The position numbers and the translations under genes were made by a program. The notes below the pieces were generated by a model. That model did not search any database. It saw only the letters and a program-made list of their open reading frames with translations, and was not told the origin of the DNA. A stretch of DNA of 64,000 nucleotides from an uncultured Candidatus Saccharibacteria bacterium (GTDB lineage Bacteria > Patescibacteriota > Dojkabacteria > SC72 > WJKH01): contig CAZRRH010000003.1 of the NCBI GenBank assembly GCA_964602665.1, forward strand, positions 2,963 through 66,962. The letters are read 5' to 3'. Each line of letters opens with the position of its first letter. Position 1 is the stretch's first letter. This document shows, piece by piece, positions 8,902 through 17,455 of the stretch.

Positions 8902-9183
8902 ATGAAAAGCTTAATACTAAAAATACTTCTAATAGATCCTCCAAAAATAACGGACTTGTTTTCTTCTATAGACAGTTTAATTGCATTGATTTTTGATTTA
9001 TTAATAATCGTTTCGGTATTGATGACGGTATATGGCGGAGCAATGTGGATGTTATCAGCAGGGGATCCTCAGAAGATAAAACAGGCACAAGGTACAATCA
9101 CATGGGCTATATTCGGATTGATTTTCTCTTTGCTTATAAGGGTTGTTCTTTTCAATATATTTAACTGGGTTGTATCAGCGTGA
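8902..9183 (+). CDS. VirB2/TrbC-like pilin paralogue 6
   Basis: 93 aa. Core VSVLMTVYGGAMWMLSAGDPQKIKQAQGTITWAIFGLIFSLLI. The same TM-loop-TM hairpin. Confidence 0.5.
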   Translation: MKSLILKILLIDPPKITDLFSSIDSLIALIFDLLIIVSVLMTVYGGAMWMLSAGDPQKIKQAQGTITWAIFGLIFSLLIRVVLFNIFNWVVSA

Positions 9184-9189
9184 ATTTTC

Positions 9190-9198
9190 TGTTACAAT
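9190..9198 (+). promoter_or_regulatory. extended -10 element (TGTTACAAT) 6 nt upstream of the SpoIID-like gene start
   Basis: TGnTAnAAT at 9190..9198 with the ATG at 9205. Confidence 0.3.
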
Positions 9199-9204
9199 AT
9201 AACT

Positions 9205-11013
9205 ATGAGAAAAAAGACTCCTCTTTATCTTGCAGTGTTTTTTCTGCTAATGTTTGGCAATATTGTATATGCTCAGACAGCAGCTGATCAGCATGAGCAA
9301 CTCATAAGAGAGCAAGAAGAGCTTAAGAAGGAGAAAGAAAAAATAGTCGCAGATACAAAATCTCAGATAGATCAGATACTTCTTGGCAAGGGTACTGTTG
9401 ATCAAAAAATCAGGCAAGTAAATTCAAAAATATCAGAGATAGATGGTACATTAAGCTCTACTAAATCACAGATTAATGAAAAAGAGGCAACTCTTGTGGG
9501 AAGGCAAAAAGAGCTTGATGAAAAAAGCGCTCAACTTTCCAAAGTATCAATTGATATGTATAAAGACCTCAGAGTAGGTTACTTAGAAATTTTATTATCA
9601 AGCAATGATTTTGAGAGAAGTATCAAGATGTTTAATTATCGCAAATTTATCCTGCAAGCACAGACAGAGGAATTTAACAGTATTTATGGCACTTATAGCT
9701 TAATTCTTGATCAAACAAAAGCCTTGCAAAGGGATAAAGAGCTTTTAGATACTCAAAAGAAAGCTTTTGAAGATGCAAAAATCGCATTGGAGGCTGAGAA
9801 AATAAGAATTCAGCAGGAAATAAATGAAAAAAACGCTTATGCGAGCAAACTAAATAGCGAAATAGCTGGCCTTAGTAAGTCAATCTCAAAATTACAGCAA
9901 GAGTTGATAATATTAAAATCAGGTGGAACATATGTTGATGTTAATACTATTCCGTCGGTATCAGTTGATAAAAACTCTACACTCGCGGGATTTTTAAACA
10001 ATGCTCCGTCAGGCTCTTTTGCGGTTTTTTCTTTTAGTGCTTACACTCATCGCAATGGTGTAAGCCAATATGGTGCAAAAGCTAGAGCTGCTGCTGGACA
10101 AAACCATCTGCAAATTCTAAAATTCTATTTTCCTAATGGCGCAATCAACACGACTTATCCTGTTATGGAGAAAATTAGAGTTGAAGGTTATGGTGAAATT
10201 GATTTTGAGACCACATATTTGTATGGAATATCAGAGATGCCTACAAGTTGGGATATGGAGGCATTAAAAACTCAGGCTATTATTGCAAGGACATATGCAA
10301 TTCGCCGTACTGCAAATGGCGCCGGCACAATTTGCACAACAGAGTCTTGTCAGGTTTATAGGCCGAGAGATCCAAATACCGTACCAAATTGGAAAAGAGC
10401 TGTTGATGAAACTCGTGGTATGGTTTTGCTTGATGGATCGGGCAATGTAATATCGACGCAGTATGCATCTTTGCATGGTGGATATGTCAATAATGTCGGT
10501 TGGGATACAACAGATGGGACAAATCAAGGTGATTGGCCTGGTAGATCTTGGGATGCCAAAGCTCCTCATCCATGGTTTTATAGATCATGGTATCGCAAAG
10601 GATACTCTGATAGTGGAGATACTTGTGGGCATCCTGCATGGCTTACTGAAGAAGAGATGGCTGATATTATTAATGCATATTTATTGCTAAAAGGGACTGA
10701 TCTTAAAGCGCCTGTTGATACAAGTAGAATTGCTGGTGTAAACACAGTAAGCTGTTGGGGCAAAAATGTTAGCCCTTATAGCATGCAGGAGATAAGGGAT
10801 TTGATAAACACTCCTGTAACGCAGATTTATGGCAAGCCAGTTGTTTCTCAAAGCAACAACGGAGTAACAACAACAGTGATTTTTAGTACAAATAGAGGGA
10901 GTATAACGATGAGCGGTTCTGACTTCAAAAATGCTTATAATCTCCGAGCGCCAGGCGCTATGAGAATCCCACAAAGTGGCTTTTCATTCTTTAATATCGA
11001 AAGGAAGATCTAA
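9205..11013 (+). CDS. secreted coiled-coil protein with C-terminal SpoIID/LytB peptidoglycan-remodelling domain
   Basis: 602 aa. Signal peptide, then ~230 aa rich in heptad-like K/E/Q/L (coiled coil). The C-terminal region carries the SpoIID/LytB signature …WDMEALKTQAIIARTYAIRR… and Gly/Trp-rich segments. Confidence 0.65.
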   Translation: MRKKTPLYLAVFFLLMFGNIVYAQTAADQHEQLIREQEELKKEKEKIVADTKSQIDQILLGKGTVDQKIRQVNSKISEIDGTLSSTKSQINEKEATLVGRQKELDEKSAQLSKVSIDMYKDLRVGYLEILLSSNDFERSIKMFNYRKFILQAQTEEFNSIYGTYSLILDQTKALQRDKELLDTQKKAFEDAKIALEAEKIRIQQEINEKNAYASKLNSEIAGLSKSISKLQQELIILKSGGTYVDVNTIPSVSVDKNSTLAGFLNNAPSGSFAVFSFSAYTHRNGVSQYGAKARAAAGQNHLQILKFYFPNGAINTTYPVMEKIRVEGYGEIDFETTYLYGISEMPTSWDMEALKTQAIIARTYAIRRTANGAGTICTTESCQVYRPRDPNTVPNWKRAVDETRGMVLLDGSGNVISTQYASLHGGYVNNVGWDTTDGTNQGDWPGRSWDAKAPHPWFYRSWYRKGYSDSGDTCGHPAWLTEEEMADIINAYLLLKGTDLKAPVDTSRIAGVNTVSCWGKNVSPYSMQEIRDLINTPVTQIYGKPVVSQSNNGVTTTVIFSTNRGSITMSGSDFKNAYNLRAPGAMRIPQSGFSFFNIERKI

Positions 11014-11019
11014 CCTCAT

Positions 11020-12471
11020 ATGCAAAAGCTATTTAGTAAAATTCCTGCTCAATATCATGCATACATCAAAAAAGCGATTGCTTTTGCAAACGGTTATTGT
11101 AATGGAGAAAAGATGCTTAACGGAAAAGAATATTTGGAGCATTCTATCAATGTTGCTTTGATACTCTGCGATTGGGATCTTGATGTTAACACAATTATTG
11201 TTGGAATAATCCATCATGCAGTGAGGTTTGCTGATGATAAAGAGCTTGTTTATTCAAATGTAAAAAAGGAATTTGGCGAAGATGTTTGTTTTTTGCTTGA
11301 GCAACTACATAAAATTTTTTACTCTACAAAATATTCGACAGAAATATCTGCAATCACAAAATATATATTAAAAAGTACGACCGATTTAAGAATAATTTTT
11401 GTAAGATTAGCTGATAAACTTGATAATACAAGAACATTAAATGCCTTGCCAAATGATAAACAACTAGTATTCGCTGATAAATTATTAAAAATCTATTCAC
11501 CATTAGCAGAGTACTTAAATCTTATAGAGGTAAAAAACGAGTTTGATGATGTGGCGTTTAAAGTTAAGTATCCACATGATCATAGAAATATTACAAAATA
11601 TCTGGAAATAAATAATCTGCGTAACAATGAAATATTAAAACAAATAGAAGAGTATCTTAATTTTATATCAAGCGAAATAGTCAAAGATAATACTCCAATT
11701 GTGTTTGGTCGTATAAAATCTCCGTATAGTATATTTCGCAAAGCAAGAAAATACTCAACTGAAGGGAAAAAAGCCTCCGTTGAACAATTCAAGGATATTA
11801 TAGCTTTTACGATTATTGCGAAGACAATCCCAGATTGTTATCAAATAGCAGGCGCAATTAGAGGACTTGCGGATTGGACTGATGACTCTTTTGAAGATTA
11901 TATTAGAGAACCTAAGCCTAATGGCTTTAGTGAGTTGCAAATAGTTGTCTCTTTTCCTGATATTTCTGATCTAAAAATAGAGGTTCAGATATTGACTATG
12001 GAGATGTATCATTATAACACTTATGGCCCTGCCTCTCATTTTGCATATAAAACGCAGGGTGCAAGATATGCTAAGGCGACTAACGAATTTAGCTGGATTG
12101 AAGATGTTAAAAAAAGTATAGAATCAAGTCTTAAACAAAATGAAAAACTATCCTGCCCAATGCCAACAACACTTTTCTCGGAACAAACTTTTGTTTGGAC
12201 ACCCAAAAACGAGTTGATAGATCTTCCTAATGGTGCAACAGCATTGGATTTTGCTTTTGCTATTCATACAGACATAGGCTTAAAAGCAGAAAGCGCAATT
12301 GTTAATGGTATAAGGCACCCGCTAAATTATGTTTTGCAAAATGGGGATGTTGTAGAAATTTCGCAAGCTAAAAATAGATCGAAAAACAACAATGTAAAAA
12401 GTCAGTGGAGACAATGGGTATTCACGAGTAAAGCCAAAGATAAAATTGAAAAGGTGCTTAAAAAGTGGTAA
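11020..12471 (+). CDS. RelA/SpoT-homologue (RSH) (p)ppGpp synthetase with degenerate N-terminal HD hydrolase motif and TGS domain. No ACT domain.
   Basis: 483 aa. HD-like region GKEYLEHSINVALILCDWDLDVNTIIVGIIHHAVRFADD, where canonical HD…ED is replaced by HH…AD. Synthetase block GRIKSPYSIFRKARKY…DCYQIAGAIRGLADW…DYIREPKPNGFSELQIVV. TGS-like C-terminus (…ALDFAFAIHTDIGLKAESAIVNG…GDVVEI). Confidence 0.7.
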   Translation: MQKLFSKIPAQYHAYIKKAIAFANGYCNGEKMLNGKEYLEHSINVALILCDWDLDVNTIIVGIIHHAVRFADDKELVYSNVKKEFGEDVCFLLEQLHKIFYSTKYSTEISAITKYILKSTTDLRIIFVRLADKLDNTRTLNALPNDKQLVFADKLLKIYSPLAEYLNLIEVKNEFDDVAFKVKYPHDHRNITKYLEINNLRNNEILKQIEEYLNFISSEIVKDNTPIVFGRIKSPYSIFRKARKYSTEGKKASVEQFKDIIAFTIIAKTIPDCYQIAGAIRGLADWTDDSFEDYIREPKPNGFSELQIVVSFPDISDLKIEVQILTMEMYHYNTYGPASHFAYKTQGARYAKATNEFSWIEDVKKSIESSLKQNEKLSCPMPTTLFSEQTFVWTPKNELIDLPNGATALDFAFAIHTDIGLKAESAIVNGIRHPLNYVLQNGDVVEISQAKNRSKNNNVKSQWRQWVFTSKAKDKIEKVLKKW

Positions 12472-12481
12472 GATTAGCCTC

Positions 12482-12598
12482 ATGAAAATAAAAAATAAGA
12501 AAAAAATATTGATGAGCGTTTTACAGATCTTCCTAGGAGGATTAATAGTTCTCTCGATTCTTGTCCCTGTAATTGCTGCGATAATTGACATGCTTTAA
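12482..12598 (+). CDS. possible 38-aa small membrane protein (below the ORF-track size cutoff)
   Basis: ATG at 12482 gives MKIKNKKKILMSVLQIFLGGLIVLSILVPVIAAIIDML*. A basic N-terminus is followed by one hydrophobic helix. No clear Shine-Dalgarno. Confidence 0.2.
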   Translation: MKIKNKKKILMSVLQIFLGGLIVLSILVPVIAAIIDML

Positions 12599-12599
12599 T

Positions 12600-14582
12600 A
12601 TGCAAAGTGCTAATTTAAGCCAAAGCATAAAGACAATAGCCGGAATTGGCGACAAAACTTACAGTAAATTTCTCAAATTAGGTGTATCAACTGTACAAGA
12701 TTTGCTTTTTTATACTCCTGTAAAATATCGTGATACAAGGAATATATTGACAGTAAAAGAATTTTTAGCTCTTGAGACAGGCACATTTAAGGCCACTATT
12801 GAAAAAGTAAGCGCGGCAAGAAGGGGCAGATATTTTGTCGTCAATGTACTAGCCCAAGATAGTACTGGTACTATAAGGCTAGTTTGGTTTAATCAGCCTT
12901 ACATATTACAGACCTTAAAAAAAGGAAATCAATATCTGTTTTATGGAAAAATGTCTAAAGGTGTTGTTAATCAGCCAAAGTTTGAAATTATTAAGGATAA
13001 CATTGACACAAAAACTTTGGGCAAACTTATCTCGATATATAACGCAACATCAGGTGTAAGCTCTCTAGTTATAAGAAGCAAGATAAAACTCGCAATGACA
13101 GACTTGGATGACACATTGCCTCAAAATATTCGCAAAGAACAGGGTATGATTGATATTACTGATGCAATCCATAAGATTCATTTTCCTAAAAGCGAGCAAG
13201 ATATAGAAGAAGCAAAAAAAAGATTAGCTTTTGATGAACTTCTATCAATACTTTTAGATGTTGAGCTTAAAAAGAAGCTTATTGGCAAGGGTAAAACTCC
13301 TGTTTTAAAGCATGGCAAGTATAAGCAAGATATTGAAGAATTTATAAAAACTTTGGAGTTTAAGCTGACGACAGATCAAAATCAAGCAATTAAAGATATG
13401 TTTGATGACTTTAGCTCTGGTAAGCCAATGAGAAGATTGTTAAATGGAGATGTCGGTAGTGGCAAAACCGTTGTGGCTTTTATTGCGGCATATTTGCTAT
13501 ATCTTGCGGGTTACAGCATTGTTTTTATGGCTCCAACGACTATTTTGGCTCAACAGCACTATGAGACCTTTTTAAAATATGCGAAAAAAAGTAGTATAAA
13601 AAGTAAAGAGATTGCACTTGTTATTTCAAAGAGCAAGAAAAATCTAACTGATAAAAGGCTTGTAATAGGTACACATGCTCTTTTATATGATTGTGTTTTG
13701 CCAAAAGAGACTCTTCTTGTAATTGTGGATGAACAACACAGATTTGGTGTTAAGCAAAGAGAGTCTTTGCTAAAAGGAAAAGAATTCCATTATTTAAGTA
13801 TGACTGCTACCCCAATCCCTCGCACATTGGCAAATATCCTTTATGGAGATATGGAAGTCTCTTATATAAAATCTATGCCAATAGATAGATTACCGATCAA
13901 GACTCATCTTGTACCAGAGGAGAAAAGAGAAGAATGCTTAAAATGGATAGCTAATCAAGTGCGTAAAAACAAAGATCAGGCTTACATAGTTTATCCGGTG
14001 ATTGAGCAATCAAGCAAAATTGAAACAAGATCATTGATAAACTCTTATGAGCAATTAAAAAGCGACATTTTTTTTGATTTAAAAGTAGGATTATTGCATG
14101 GGAGAATGGAAGATAAAGAGAAAGAGAGAGTGATAAATGAGTTTAAAAAAGGCGGTTATGATATAATAATCTCAACGACAGTTGTAGAGGTTGGCATAGA
14201 TGTTCCAAACGCTACCATAATGTTAATTGAAGGAGCACAGCAGTTTGGATTGGCACAACTTCATCAGCTAAGAGGTAGGGTTGGAAGAGGTCGTAAGCAG
14301 TCTTATTGCTTTGTAATACCCAATAAAGCATCTCAAGATAGTAGCAAAAGATTGAAATTTTTTGCTAAAAATAGCAACGGTTTTGATTTGGCAGAATTTG
14401 ATCTTGAGAATAGAGGACCGGGTCAAGTATTTGGTGTTTTGCAGGCGGGGATACCAGAGTTTAAAATCGCAGATATAATGAATATCTCGCTTGTTAAAAA
14501 GTATAAACAAGTAGCAAAAGAAATTGTTGATAATAATACAAAAGAACAGATTAAAAATATAAAAGAAGGATTGTTTAGATAG
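12600..14582 (+). CDS. recG: ATP-dependent DNA helicase RecG
   Basis: The ORF track starts at TTG 12585 and the first ATG is at 12600. Wedge/OB N-terminal region, Walker A GDVGSGKTVVA, DEQH box (VIVDEQHRFGV) and helicase C motifs (QLRGRVGRG). Confidence 0.85.
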   Translation: MQSANLSQSIKTIAGIGDKTYSKFLKLGVSTVQDLLFYTPVKYRDTRNILTVKEFLALETGTFKATIEKVSAARRGRYFVVNVLAQDSTGTIRLVWFNQPYILQTLKKGNQYLFYGKMSKGVVNQPKFEIIKDNIDTKTLGKLISIYNATSGVSSLVIRSKIKLAMTDLDDTLPQNIRKEQGMIDITDAIHKIHFPKSEQDIEEAKKRLAFDELLSILLDVELKKKLIGKGKTPVLKHGKYKQDIEEFIKTLEFKLTTDQNQAIKDMFDDFSSGKPMRRLLNGDVGSGKTVVAFIAAYLLYLAGYSIVFMAPTTILAQQHYETFLKYAKKSSIKSKEIALVISKSKKNLTDKRLVIGTHALLYDCVLPKETLLVIVDEQHRFGVKQRESLLKGKEFHYLSMTATPIPRTLANILYGDMEVSYIKSMPIDRLPIKTHLVPEEKREECLKWIANQVRKNKDQAYIVYPVIEQSSKIETRSLINSYEQLKSDIFFDLKVGLLHGRMEDKEKERVINEFKKGGYDIIISTTVVEVGIDVPNATIMLIEGAQQFGLAQLHQLRGRVGRGRKQSYCFVIPNKASQDSSKRLKFFAKNSNGFDLAEFDLENRGPGQVFGVLQAGIPEFKIADIMNISLVKKYKQVAKEIVDNNTKEQIKNIKEGLFR

Positions 14583-14583
14583 T

Positions 14584-15039
14584 ATGGATTTAGTAATAGT
14601 TCTTGACAATATAAGATCGGCGTTTAATGTTGGTAGCATTTTTAGAACTTCTGATGCCGTGGGAGCGAGCAAACTTTATCTTTGCGGTATGAGTGCTTTA
14701 CCGCATAATCCCAAAGTAGTCAAAACAGCATTAGGTGCAGAAGAAAATGTGCCGTGGTACGGATTTGATGATACCATTGGCGCTATTAAAGAGCTTAAGG
14801 ATGATGGTTATAAAATATTTGGAATTGAATTATCTGAAAATGCCGTGGACTATAGTAAAGCAACTTATCCATCTAAAATAGCTATAATCTTGGGACACGA
14901 GAGAAAAGGGTTAAGTCAAGATATACTTGCTTTATGCGACAATCAAATATATGTACCGATGAGAGGCAAAAAAGAATCTTTGAATGTTGCGGTTTGTGCT
15001 GGTATAATAGCTTATAAAATTTATGAGTCTAGCAGATAA
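14584..15039 (+). CDS. SpoU/TrmH-family RNA 2'-O-methyltransferase (TrmL-like size)
   Basis: 151 aa. N-terminus LVIVLDNIRSAFNVGSIFRTSDAVG and the C-terminal SLNVAVCAGIIAY trefoil-knot motif. Confidence 0.75.
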   Translation: MDLVIVLDNIRSAFNVGSIFRTSDAVGASKLYLCGMSALPHNPKVVKTALGAEENVPWYGFDDTIGAIKELKDDGYKIFGIELSENAVDYSKATYPSKIAIILGHERKGLSQDILALCDNQIYVPMRGKKESLNVAVCAGIIAYKIYESSR

Positions 15040-15757
15040 ATCATTTAAAAAATTAAGAAAAACTGTTGCAAAAAGGCATGTCCAAACAGCTACTGATTAT
15101 GAACAACTTCAGAAAGAAGTTTACGATAAGTTTTATGAAAAGCAGGAAAAAAGTGATGTCCCTTTTGTGCCGATCACAGCAGGCAAAGCTAAAAATGTTA
15201 AGTTAGAAGTGCCAAGAAGTGCCAAAACAATGACCTCAAGGCTCAAAATAAGCATGTTTGATTTCCTTGGAATTGATATTCAGAAAACGCGCATACTTGA
15301 TTTATATGCAGGTGCAGGCGCGTTTGGGTTTGAGGCGTTATCTAGAGGAGCCAGTGAAGCGACATTTATTGATAGCTCAAAATTTGCCCAGTATTCTCTA
15401 GAAAAGAACGCTCAGAGAGCTGGCTTTGTTATGGAAAGCACAATTTTGCGCGAAAAAGCAGAGTTTTTCCTAGAAAGAGAGCTTGATAATAAAGAGGCTA
15501 TATTTGATGTGGTATTTATGGATCCTCCTTACAAGCTTTTTAATAGTAAGAAAATTACTCATATGGAGAGCATAATTAACAGGATCAAGCTTTTTTTACC
15601 ATATTTCAGAGGTGAAGATAAACAATTTAAAGGCTTGATAATTGTGAAACATCCATCAACATATCCAATGAATAAATTGATTTTAGAACAATTAAGAATT
15701 GTAGAGACAAAAAAATTTGGTAAAAACAGCTTAAGTTTTATCATAGTGCAATTATGA
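15023..15757 (+). CDS. rsmD: RsmD-like 16S rRNA (guanine-N2)-methyltransferase
   Basis: 244 aa. SAM-binding LDLYAGAGAFGFEALSRGA and the DPPY catalytic motif (VVFMDPPY). It has an N-terminal extension compared with typical RsmD. Confidence 0.6.
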   Translation: MSLADKSFKKLRKTVAKRHVQTATDYEQLQKEVYDKFYEKQEKSDVPFVPITAGKAKNVKLEVPRSAKTMTSRLKISMFDFLGIDIQKTRILDLYAGAGAFGFEALSRGASEATFIDSSKFAQYSLEKNAQRAGFVMESTILREKAEFFLERELDNKEAIFDVVFMDPPYKLFNSKKITHMESIINRIKLFLPYFRGEDKQFKGLIIVKHPSTYPMNKLILEQLRIVETKKFGKNSLSFIIVQL

Positions 15758-17382
15758 GAAAATATATTTTTATATCAGGGGGGGTAATCTCTGGGATTGG
15801 GAAAGGGATCACTGCATCGTCGGTGGGTGTGCTCTTAAAAAATGCGGGCTATAAAATTACCATGATAAAAGCGGATCCATATCTCAATGTTGATGCAGGC
15901 ACAATGAATCCGATTGAACATGGTGAAACTTTTGTTTTAGAAGATGGTTTTGAGACGGATATGGACATTGGAAGCTACGAGAGATTTACAAATGAGCAGT
16001 TTACTCGTGAGAATTCTATGACTCTTGGCGCTGTGTTACAAAAAGTTATTAAAGATGAAAGAGAGCTTGCTTATGAAGGCAAGTGGGTTAGCTTTGATTA
16101 TCATGTCCCTGAGCAGATTGTCTCTTGGATTAAACAAGTAGGTAAAAACAAAAAAGCTGATGTGGTTATAATTGAGATAGGAGGAACGGTAGGTGAAGTA
16201 GGTAATGAAATATTTTTAGAGGCTAACAGAATGATGTTTGTTGAGGATCCAAGAAATGTCGCTCATATACATGTTTCTTATCTTCCAGTACCTTATACTC
16301 TTGGCGAGATGAAAAGCAAACCTGTCCAGATGTCTGTTAAAACGCTACATTCCTGTGGTATAAACCCCGACTTTCTTATTGCAAGGTCAAATGAGCCAAT
16401 AGATCAACCCAGGATGGATAAATTATCAAGATACTGTACTGTAAAGGTTGAGAATATTATTCCCGCACCGGATATTAGCAATATTTATGAATGTCCTCTT
16501 AATTATGAAAAATACAATTTATCAAAAAAAATAGCAAAGAGATTAGGTCTAAAAATAAAAGCTGGTATTATGAGCGAATGGGAGAAAAGATATGCTGGTA
16601 TAGCAAAAATCAAAAAAGAAATTAACATTGGTGTTGTGGCAAAATATTACAGGAGCGGCCAATTTAATCTGAAAGATTCATATGTTTCTGTTATAGAGGC
16701 AATAAATCATGCTGCGTGGAAACATGGAGTTAATGTTAAATTAAACTGGTTTGTTGCTGAGGAGTTTGAAAAAAATGCGTCAAAAATAAAAGAGTTAAAT
16801 CTTATGGATGGCATTGTGGTGCCACAGGGATGGGGTTCACGAGGTGTCGAGGGTAAAATAATGGCCGTAAAATTCGCAAGAGAGAAGAAAGTTCCTTATT
16901 TGGGACTTTGTTTTGGTATGCAGATGGCTGTTATAGAATACGCTCGAAATGTCTTAGGGTTAGTAGATGCAAATTCAGAAGAGGTAAATTCTAATACAAA
17001 AAACCCTGTAATACACGTTATGCCTGAGCAAAAGAAATATCTTGAAAGCAAAAATTTTGGAGGTACAATAAGGCTTGGAGCTTGGCCATGTAAGCTAACG
17101 AAGGGAACTCATCTTGAAAAAGCTTATGGGGCTGATCTGGTTTATGAACGACATAGACATAGATATGAATTTAATAATGAATATAGAGAGCTGCTTGAGA
17201 AAGCGGGATTGATAATTGCAGGCACGAGCCCTGACGGTAAACTTGTTGAGGCGATTGAGCTTCCGAAGAAAATTCATCCGTTCTTTGTCGCGACGCAATA
17301 TCACCCAGAATTAAAAACAAGTTTTCTCAAACCAAACCCGGTTTTTGATGCCTTCATAACTCAGTGCATTAAAAAAAGATAA
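15754..17382 (+). CDS. pyrG: CTP synthase
   Basis: 542 aa. N-terminus KYIFISGGVISGIGKGITASSVGVLLK and a C-terminal glutamine amidotransferase domain (GLCFGMQ…HRHRYE). Confidence 0.9.
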   Translation: MRKYIFISGGVISGIGKGITASSVGVLLKNAGYKITMIKADPYLNVDAGTMNPIEHGETFVLEDGFETDMDIGSYERFTNEQFTRENSMTLGAVLQKVIKDERELAYEGKWVSFDYHVPEQIVSWIKQVGKNKKADVVIIEIGGTVGEVGNEIFLEANRMMFVEDPRNVAHIHVSYLPVPYTLGEMKSKPVQMSVKTLHSCGINPDFLIARSNEPIDQPRMDKLSRYCTVKVENIIPAPDISNIYECPLNYEKYNLSKKIAKRLGLKIKAGIMSEWEKRYAGIAKIKKEINIGVVAKYYRSGQFNLKDSYVSVIEAINHAAWKHGVNVKLNWFVAEEFEKNASKIKELNLMDGIVVPQGWGSRGVEGKIMAVKFAREKKVPYLGLCFGMQMAVIEYARNVLGLVDANSEEVNSNTKNPVIHVMPEQKKYLESKNFGGTIRLGAWPCKLTKGTHLEKAYGADLVYERHRHRYEFNNEYRELLEKAGLIIAGTSPDGKLVEAIELPKKIHPFFVATQYHPELKTSFLKPNPVFDAFITQCIKKR

Positions 17383-17455
17383 AGAAATTGTTACTTTTTG
17401 AAGGAGTAGTCGTTATATATAATATAAGGAAAATTAAATTTTAATATATTTTAAG

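Noticed and set aside
10264-10974. Several 60-100-aa ORFs on both strands inside the SpoIID-like gene
   Set aside because: All are nested within a 602-aa gene with clear domain signatures. They are Cys/Ile-rich artefacts from alternative frames.
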